Below are positions 8,844 through 14,408 of a DNA stretch of 32,000 bases, in pieces. The first letter of the stretch is position 1; each line of letters begins with the position of its first letter. The stretch covers positions 1 to 32,000 of the forward strand of contig NZ_BCZP01000038.1 of the NCBI RefSeq assembly GCF_001598795.1. The letters are read 5' to 3'. The stretch is from Delftia acidovorans NBRC 14950. Its GTDB lineage: Bacteria; Pseudomonadota; Gammaproteobacteria; Burkholderiales; Burkholderiaceae_C. The notes beneath the pieces are model-generated. The model did no database searches and had not been told where the DNA came from. It saw only the letters and a program-made list of their open reading frames with translations. The position numbers were made by a program, and so were the translations under genes.

Positions 8844-9395
8844 ATGGCGGCAATCAGCGGCCTGGCGCCGCGACGACTGGAGGGGATCCTGGCCGCGTAT
8901 CAACTGCAACCGAAAAAACTGAACGTCTGGGCTGCACTGGTCTATTTCCTGCTTTTCATGGACCAGAGGTACATCAAGGCAGCGACCCAAAATTCCATTG
9001 AGGTGAGCATTCGTTCAGCCGACTATAAGCTGAAGCACGATGCTGGAATCTACCCTTCAGACGAGGAAGTAGAGCACCTCAACACATTCAATGCTTTTCA
9101 GCTGAAAAAGATGCGCAAGGAGTTTTGGTCCGCAGCGGCATGGACTCTGCTGATCATCGCCTTTTCCATCGGAGTGCTCGCCCTATTGTCGAAGGCCCCA
9201 TGTGCCGGACTCACGGCGCCCAAAGTAGTTTCCTCAATCGGAGGAGCGTTGGCGGCATGGGGGACTATGTTCCAGTTGATCCGTGCGGATGCCACATTCA
9301 AAGCTGCGCAGGCACACGAATTGATGCGCCCGCCCCTCTTCCTGCTCCTGTTCGTGCCAGGCTCTGTGCTGGCTATCGCCGGCACGCTGGCGTAG
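8844..9395 (+). CDS. Multi-TM membrane protein (183 aa from ATG 8844; up to 212 aa if ATG 8757 is used)
   Basis: Distal part of track ORF 8511..9395: MAAISGLAPRRLEGILAAYQLQPKKLNVWAALVYFLLFMDQ...WTLLIIAFSIGVLALL...VVSSIGGALAAWGTMFQLI...PPLFLLLFVPGSVLAIAGTLA, with 3-4 hydrophobic helices. The body is AT-richer than the phage core. The stretch 8782-8801 is a repeat also found in a non-coding spacer at 10118, which argues for the later start. Confidence 0.6.
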   Translation: MAAISGLAPRRLEGILAAYQLQPKKLNVWAALVYFLLFMDQRYIKAATQNSIEVSIRSADYKLKHDAGIYPSDEEVEHLNTFNAFQLKKMRKEFWSAAAWTLLIIAFSIGVLALLSKAPCAGLTAPKVVSSIGGALAAWGTMFQLIRADATFKAAQAHELMRPPLFLLLFVPGSVLAIAGTLA

Positions 9396-9430
9396 GCCGG
9401 TGCCCGTCCGGGCGTGGAGTGGTACGCTCT

Positions 9431-9757
9431 TGGCACTGCCGCATAAGCAGCTCAGAAAAAAGCGCATTCGCCGAGTGCGCTTCGTTTTTGTTCACTGCCG
9501 CATAGGCAGCTCAGAAATGTGCTCTACGACACGGCCGTGCATGCTGTCGGTTTGCTGCCGCATAGGCAGCTCAGAAACTCCTCCTTCGAGTGCTTAGCCC
9601 TGCACCCAAATTCACTGCCGTATAGGCAGCTCAGAAATGTGATCTGTCGGCAGAAGCAAAAGGCAGGTGGTTCACTGCCGTATAGGCAGCTCAGCAACTC
9701 TCCGCCAAGATGCAGGCCGCTTGAGCCCTCTTCACTGCCGCACAGGCAGCCAGGCCC
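9431..9757 (+). CRISPR. Orphan type I-F-like CRISPR mini-array, 6 repeats / 5 spacers, no cas genes in window
   Basis: 28-nt repeats:
- R1 9431-9458 TGGCACTGCCGCATAAGCAGCTCAGAAA
- R2 9490-9517 GTTCACTGCCGCATAGGCAGCTCAGAAA
- R3 9550-9577 GTTTGCTGCCGCATAGGCAGCTCAGAAA
- R4 9610-9637 ATTCACTGCCGTATAGGCAGCTCAGAAA
- R5 9670-9697 GTTCACTGCCGTATAGGCAGCTCAGCAA
- R6 9730-9757 CTTCACTGCCGCACAGGCAGCCAGGCCC (degenerate 3' end)

Spacers are 31, 32, 32, 32 and 32 nt. The repeat matches the canonical I-F family (GTTCACTGCCGTRTAGGCAGCTAAGAAA), including the Cas6f hairpin CTGCC/GGCAG. Orientation is inferred from the I-F consensus and the degenerate terminal repeat. Confidence 0.92.
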
Positions 9758-9777
9758 GCCCAGCGGGCCTTTTTCTT
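9753..9777 (+). terminator. Rho-independent terminator immediately after (overlapping) the last CRISPR repeat
   Basis: GGCCCGC-CCA-GCGGGCC stem-loop (9753-9769) followed by TTTTTCTT. There is no T-run on the opposite strand, so it is + strand specific. Confidence 0.75.
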
Positions 9778-9786
9778 GGGCGCAGC

Positions 9787-9813
9787 TCACACGGGCCGCG
9801 TCCGCACCTCAGC
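9787..9813. repeat. 27-bp direct repeat, copy B
   Basis: Identical to 7935..7961. It lies 10 nt after the array terminator. Confidence 0.9.
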
Positions 9814-9882
9814 GCTCCAGGGCGTCTTGCCACCGTGCTGCTCGGCCTGCTGACGCTGCAGGTGCGCGGACAACCTGGAGAC
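9787..9882 (-). pseudogene. Orphan gene 3' end (31 codons ending ...PWSAEVRTRPV-stop), in frame behind the TGA stop of the 9883..10086 gene
   Basis: Manual translation of the minus strand 9882->9787 gives VSRLSAHLQRQQAEQHGGKTPWSAEVRTRPV*. The tail duplicates the C-terminus of the 7935..8231 product. No start codon of its own is recognised. Confidence 0.4.
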
Positions 9883-10086
9883 TCAGCGCTTGGCCTCGTC
9901 CTCCAGCGTGTATGCGTAGAACATGAGGTGCTCCAGCGCTACAGCGTGCGGGTCACGACCTTCCAAGGGCGATTCCCTGGCAGAGTCGTCCGGCAAGAAG
10001 ACCAGAAGCACGTCGCCACAGGCTTCGTAGTCTGCGCTGAACTCAACGCCGTTGTGGGTGAAGACGCATTCGTGCATGCGGGGCAT
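9883..10086 (-). CDS. Small hypothetical protein, 67 aa
   Basis: Track ORF 9883..10092 (GTG); ATG at 10086: MPRMHECVFTHNGVEFSADYEACGDVLLVFLPDDSARESPLEGRDPHAVALEHLMFYAYTLEDEAKR. The composition is plausible and not Arg/Pro-rich. Confidence 0.5.
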   Translation of the reverse strand: MPRMHECVFTHNGVEFSADYEACGDVLLVFLPDDSARESPLEGRDPHAVALEHLMFYAYTLEDEAKR

Positions 10087-10129
10087 TGTCACAGGTGCGA
10101 GCTCGTGGCACCAGCGCCCAGAAACGACG

Positions 10130-10150
10130 AAGCCCGCACGGGGCGGGCTT
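10130..10150 (-). terminator. Hairpin (AAGCCCGC-N5-GCGGGCTT) between minus-strand genes, possible weak terminator
   Basis: 8-bp GC-rich stem. On the minus strand it is followed by CGTCGTTTCT (an interrupted U tract). It lies between stop 10168 and start 10086. Confidence 0.35.
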
Positions 10151-10167
10151 GGTTGGAGTGCGGATTG

Positions 10168-11148
10168 CTACTTGGCAGGCTGTGTCGCAACAGTAGCAGG
10201 AGCCGCCGGCGGAGGCGGGTTCTTGGCCAGGTCGTACTGCATGAGGCCAATGATGATTGCAGCTCCGCCAACTACTACGGTACCGACCACAAACTGGAGC
10301 ATGTTGATCGAGGACTTCAGCCCATCAACCTTGCCTTCCAGGCCTTCGACTTTTCCGCCAACGTTCGCAACAGCCACGCCAGTGGCTGACATTTCCTTGG
10401 TGACGTCCTTCAGCATGTGCGCGAAGTCAGCACGCAGACCCTGCATCTCGGTCAGCATCTGCCCTTGCATGGTGGCCATCTGCGTGTTGAGCTGGCCCAT
10501 GGCTGCGACGGTCTCCTTGGATGACTCGGCGATGGACGCGCGGACCTCAGCGCGCACGCTATCGAGCTTGGCGTCGAGGAGTTCACGGGTCACGTCGGTC
10601 ATAGGTCGATTGTGCGCTGTTTCGGGTTGAAGTGGTGCCTCAGACTTGGAGGCGGTCGTGTGGTTTTTCAATTCCCCAGAAGAAGTATTGCCTCGCACGC
10701 TTCCGCTAGGTTCAGCTATATTGCGGCTTTGGGCAGTGTGGCGTGGGTACACGCCTTCAATGTGACTTCCGCCCTCAAGCGCCATATCACTTGTTTTCCG
10801 GATGGCATCCTCACGCGAATACCCCTGGCGCATCACCATGGAGGCGGCATCTAATATGCGCTTTTCCGAATCAAGTGCACTCGAGCTGCCAGAAAATTTA
10901 GAGGCCATTTGCCGTCCACGAGCAAGATGTTTCTCTTGCCGACGTAGGCTCTCCTCCAAGGACCTAACTGTTTCTGCAAACAAGCCCGCCACGGTGAAAT
11001 CTGTGTAAGCGACGTCTCCAGCAACAGTGTTTCCCCCACTGATGGTTCGTACCTGTTGGGCAGGTTCCCGCTCGGTGCTCTCCGATTCCGCGCGAATCCT
11101 TACAAGTGCCAATTTTGGTCGAGGCTGAGAACTCATAGCTTCAGACAT
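10168..11148 (-). CDS. 326-aa protein with C-terminal coiled-coil plus single TM anchor; function unknown
   Basis: ATG 11148 overlaps the upstream stop (ATGTCTGA). The C-terminal third, MTDVTRELLDAKLDSVRAEVRASIAESSKETVAAMGQLNTQMATMQGQMLTEMQGL...INMLQFVVGTVVVGGAAIIIGLMQYDLAK, is heptad-like and followed by a hydrophobic helix and a Pro/Ala tail. The 5' two-thirds of the gene is AT-richer than the phage core. Confidence 0.7.
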   Translation of the reverse strand: MSEAMSSQPRPKLALVRIRAESESTEREPAQQVRTISGGNTVAGDVAYTDFTVAGLFAETVRSLEESLRRQEKHLARGRQMASKFSGSSSALDSEKRILDAASMVMRQGYSREDAIRKTSDMALEGGSHIEGVYPRHTAQSRNIAEPSGSVRGNTSSGELKNHTTASKSEAPLQPETAHNRPMTDVTRELLDAKLDSVRAEVRASIAESSKETVAAMGQLNTQMATMQGQMLTEMQGLRADFAHMLKDVTKEMSATGVAVANVGGKVEGLEGKVDGLKSSINMLQFVVGTVVVGGAAIIIGLMQYDLAKNPPPPAAPATVATQPAK

Positions 11149-11524
11149 TTTTTGAAGCGTCAGCGGCAGGCGCCCCTGCGCTGCGCCGTTCGATGTCAGT
11201 TACAGCTATGGTCAGCATGTTCAAGAGACTTCTTGCACATGACGGGTGGATTGAGAGCGTTGCCAAAGCTCTCCGAACATACCTAATGCCATCTTCCCCA
11301 GCTGGAGGAGCGAAGGGTTCAACTTGATTCTCAAAAACACTCAGTATCAGACGCTCATCATCCGGACCAGATCCGACGAGGCCGAGAGTCAAAGAGTCTA
11401 CGCGCAAGTACTTGAAGTCATTGGCCAACTCGATCGGCTCAAGATCCACTTTTTGCAGCTCTATGTTTCCTGGCTCAACGTTATTCATACTTGGTGCTAT
11501 CGAGGATTGATTGATACTAAACAT
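11141..11524 (-). CDS. 127-aa hypothetical protein, first gene of a two-gene minus-strand cassette
   Basis: ATG 11524: MFSINQSSIAPSMNNVEPGNIELQKVDLEPIELANDFKYLRVDSLTLGLVGSGPDDERLILSVFENQ... AT-richer codon usage. It is translationally coupled to the next gene. Confidence 0.65.
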   Translation of the reverse strand: MFSINQSSIAPSMNNVEPGNIELQKVDLEPIELANDFKYLRVDSLTLGLVGSGPDDERLILSVFENQVEPFAPPAGEDGIRYVRRALATLSIHPSCARSLLNMLTIAVTDIERRSAGAPAADASKNV

Positions 11525-11702
11525 TACACCATCACAAAACGCTCTCGTCCAATGCGCCGCACCCTCATGCTCCCCGGCCTCATCCTCTCCGCCCTACTCC
11601 TCGCCGGCACCGCCCTCACCTCCTGAGTTCTCCTGCGCGGTAGTACACCTCGCTCCCCATACATGCAGCCTACTGCTACATTGCCGCCAGGAGGTTCCAC
11701 CT

Positions 11703-11885
11703 ATGAGCACCCCCGACATCAGAGCGATGGAGGACATGCTGGACCATCTGCGAGCGAAGAAGGCGTTTGCAGAGGCGCAGCTGCAGGCATCCGAAGCCGA
11801 GGACCCCGACCTCAAGCTGGACTTGCGCCGCATCGAAGGCCGAATCGATGTGCTCAAGGAGATGCTGCGGGAAGCTCGTGAGTGA
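11703..11885 (+). CDS. Small acidic coiled-coil protein, 60 aa
   Basis: ATG 11703 with a consensus SD (ccAGGAGGttccacctATG): MSTPDIRAMEDMLDHLRAKKAFAEAQLQASEAEDPDLKLDLRRIEGRIDVLKEMLREARE. Confidence 0.7.
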   Translation: MSTPDIRAMEDMLDHLRAKKAFAEAQLQASEAEDPDLKLDLRRIEGRIDVLKEMLREARE

Positions 11886-11937
11886 GCACGGAAGGCCCTG
11901 ATGCGGGCCCTGCTACATTTCCGCTCAGGAGGCTCTT

Positions 11938-12156
11938 ATGAGCGAGAACACATCCCCCGACGCATCCCCCGACGCATCCCCTGAATTGATCGAACGGTAT
12001 CGCCAACGGGCGCGTGAACTGCGTGAAGACGCCATTCGTATCGAGGACGAACTGCGGGCCGTCGAAGAGAAGAAGGCCGAACTCCAGACAGCCCTCGCGC
12101 GAGTCCGTGGAGCGGTGCAGGTGCTGGAAGAAATCATTGACGAGAAGACCAGATGA
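11938..12156 (+). CDS. Small acidic coiled-coil protein, 72 aa
   Basis: ATG 11938 with SD (tcAGGAGGctcttATG): MSENTSPDASPDASPELIERYRQRARELREDAIRIEDELRAVEEKKAELQTALARVRGAVQVLEEIIDEKTR. Its stop overlaps the next start (ATGA). Confidence 0.7.
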   Translation: MSENTSPDASPDASPELIERYRQRARELREDAIRIEDELRAVEEKKAELQTALARVRGAVQVLEEIIDEKTR

Positions 12157-12521
12157 TCCTCCGCGCTCTCTTCCTCGCCGCCGGCCTCTGTATCGCAGGC
12201 CCTGCTCTGGCCGCCAACATGGCCACATGCCTGCTGGACAAGCTCCCGGGCACACAGAACGATGTCGCGGCCCAGGCCGTGTTCCAGGTCTGCAGCGCTG
12301 AGCACCAGGGCGGGATTCAGGCCGTGCCCCAGGGAGATGGCCGGGGCATGCTGGGGTTCAAGTCCGGGCCAGAGTGCACGGTGAAGAAGGCAGGCGACAC
12401 GCGCAGCAACAGGGCGGCGGAGCTGATTGGGGTTGCGTGTCGGCGGCTGTATGACGAGCCCATGAAGCTGCGCCCTTTCAATGGCCCGCTGGATGGCGAG
12501 CCTGCGCCTACTCGCCAATAA
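12153..12521 (+). CDS. Secreted (Sec signal peptide) 122-aa protein
   Basis: MILRALFLAAGLCIAGPALA|ANMATC... has a typical n-h-c signal peptide with an ALA-A cleavage site. It is ATGA-coupled to the upstream gene. The C-terminal KLRPFNGPLDGE copies the N-terminal motif of the giant protein. Its 3' end overlaps the convergent 440-aa gene by 14 nt. Confidence 0.7.
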   Translation: MILRALFLAAGLCIAGPALAANMATCLLDKLPGTQNDVAAQAVFQVCSAEHQGGIQAVPQGDGRGMLGFKSGPECTVKKAGDTRSNRAAELIGVACRRLYDEPMKLRPFNGPLDGEPAPTRQ

Positions 12522-13830
12522 ACCGATTGCCTTTGGCATCCTCGTAGACGGGCTTGCCGCCTGACATTCCAACCTGGCGCGACATTCCTGGCGGCACCTG
12601 CCCGCCACCCTGCCCCGGCTGCTGCACAAACAGCCCGCTCTGCCGATTGAACACCGTGGATGGGGTGTTGTAGGCCCGCTGGGACACCGGATCGATCTGC
12701 TGCCCCCCAGGCACCACCAGATACGGATCGGCCTGCGGCGTGCCGCCCTCGATATCCCGCATGTACTGCACCAGGCTGCGGCGCTTGGTCGGATCTTGTT
12801 CTCCGGCCACCTGGTTGCGCGCGGCCTCCACAAGCCGGTTGGTGCGGTTGCTGTATCCCTGCGTCTCGCGGTCCATGTCCAGGCGCTGCTGGGTCAGACC
12901 GGCCTGCATGCCGGCGCGCTGGTTCTGTCCCTGCTGCTCCATGGCTGCGCGCACGAGGGTATTGCCCTGGCGCATGCCCTCTGCCTGCAGGCCTGGGGCG
13001 GCCTGCTGCAGCGCCTGGTCCGTGGCCAGCATGGCCTGGTACTTCTGCACATCCGGGCTGTTCTCCGCGCCACGGCCGCCGAAGCGCCGCGTGTTGGTGA
13101 TGGAGCTGGCCGACACCTCGGCATTGCGCAGCGCGTTGCGCGAGGCCCAGTCGTTGCCGCTGTGGGCAATGGCGGCCTGCACCAGGGGGTTGCCCAGCGA
13201 GGTTGACAGGCCGGGGGCGATGCCCTGCATCTGCGACCCTGGCACAGCACCAGCAGGCATCGAGTTCATGGTGCCGCCAGGAGGTTTGCCGTTGATGGTG
13301 ATGTCGCCGCTGATACCAGCGGGGCCGCTGTAGCTATTGCCATCGCGCGTGATGTTGGCCGGGCCAGGAGGTGCGGCTGGTCCAGGCATGGGCGCAGCTG
13401 CGGCGCCAGGGGAGCCCGGAGCGCCGGGTGCGCTCGCTTGCTGCTCCATCGCGGCGGCTACCAGCGGATTGGATTGGCGCGTGATCGGGCTGGCAGGTGC
13501 TGGGCTCTGGGCACCAGCAGCAGTCGCCAGCGCAGCGCCACCACCCACCACGGGCGCATAGGGCGCTGCGGCCTGGGCGGCCTGGCCCAGCCCCGACATG
13601 GCCGGCTGCGATGCACCGAAGGCCCGGGAGATGAGGCCGGTACCGCGCAACGCGGCGCCAGGGATACCGCCCGCACTGGGCAGCGCGGCCAGGTTGCGGC
13701 CGAAGTCGTTGTTCAGGGGATTGCTCTGGGAGCCGTCGGCAGCGGGCGCCTGCGGATTGCCGCCCACCGGGATCTGGTTGATCAGCGCGTCACGCCGCTG
13801 GGCTGCTTCGAGAAGGGGATTCGTGGCCAT
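12508..13830 (-). CDS. 440-aa virion (internal/ejection or tail?) protein, Gly/Pro/Gln/Ala-rich
   Basis: ATG 13830 with AAGGAA SD: MATNPLLEAAQRRDALINQIPVGGNPQ... It lies in the structural gene string. No recognisable enzymatic motif. Confidence 0.75.
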   Translation of the reverse strand: MATNPLLEAAQRRDALINQIPVGGNPQAPAADGSQSNPLNNDFGRNLAALPSAGGIPGAALRGTGLISRAFGASQPAMSGLGQAAQAAAPYAPVVGGGAALATAAGAQSPAPASPITRQSNPLVAAAMEQQASAPGAPGSPGAAAAPMPGPAAPPGPANITRDGNSYSGPAGISGDITINGKPPGGTMNSMPAGAVPGSQMQGIAPGLSTSLGNPLVQAAIAHSGNDWASRNALRNAEVSASSITNTRRFGGRGAENSPDVQKYQAMLATDQALQQAAPGLQAEGMRQGNTLVRAAMEQQGQNQRAGMQAGLTQQRLDMDRETQGYSNRTNRLVEAARNQVAGEQDPTKRRSLVQYMRDIEGGTPQADPYLVVPGGQQIDPVSQRAYNTPSTVFNRQSGLFVQQPGQGGGQVPPGMSRQVGMSGGKPVYEDAKGNRFIGE

Positions 13831-13922
13831 GAGTGTTCCTTGCGGAGTTGCTCATGGCAGTGTGCGGATATGCTGTCGGCGCGTCGAACCCCAGTGGGGG
13901 CATCACATCATCAGAGAATGGA

Positions 13923-14408
13923 ATGACAATCTTCAACTCGGCACATCTTCAAGTTTTGCAGCCCTGGGCATCTGTAATTGCTGCTTTCATAGCTGCGTCA
14001 GTAGCCATCATTTTTGGTGCAGCCCAGGTTTGGATTGCATGGCAGCAATCCAAAACGACAAGAAATAAGCTAAAACTTGACCTATTCGACCGCCGCCTTG
14101 AAGTCTACAAAGCTGCATCTGAAGCAATAGCTACTGCCATACAAACCAACGACTTCACAGCCTCCGACGAGCGAGCATTTTTTCTGGGAATTCGAGGATC
14201 ACGCTGGCTGCTTGATGCGGTTGCCGACGACTACTTGCGAAGCGACCTATTTCACGCTTTTGATAGGCTTGAAAAAATTCGCCTCAATAAGGGGAAAGTA
14301 AAAGCCGATGAGCATCAAAGGCTCGTGTCCGAAGCCACCGACGCTGTCAGGAAGGAGTTGGCCCGGCTGGACTCTATGTTCGAACGATTCCTCCGCATCG
14401 ACCACTAG
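13923..14408 (+). CDS. AT-rich moron: N-terminally membrane-anchored 161-aa helical protein
   Basis: Track ORF 13833..14408. The first ATG that does not overlap the divergent gene start is 13923: MTIFNSAHLQVLQPWASVIAAFIAASVAIIFGAAQVWIAWQQSKTTRNKLKLDLFDRRLEVYKAASEAI... It is visibly AT-richer than both flanks and on the opposite strand to the structural operon. Confidence 0.7.
   Translation: MTIFNSAHLQVLQPWASVIAAFIAASVAIIFGAAQVWIAWQQSKTTRNKLKLDLFDRRLEVYKAASEAIATAIQTNDFTASDERAFFLGIRGSRWLLDAVADDYLRSDLFHAFDRLEKIRLNKGKVKADEHQRLVSEATDAVRKELARLDSMFERFLRIDH

Noticed and set aside
8083-8853. 256-aa minus-strand ORF across the divergent promoter region and the membrane-gene 5' end
   Set aside because: It is Cys/Arg/Pro/Ser-rich and spans an AT-rich intergenic region. 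It overlaps better-supported genes on both strands, and no SD is present.
11553-11626. 24-codon ORF MRRTLMLPGLILSALLLAGTALTS
   Set aside because: It looks like a signal peptide without a mature domain and has no SD. It is probably a remnant of a truncated secreted-protein gene rather than a functional gene. It is mentioned under the trio finding only as evidence of turnover.
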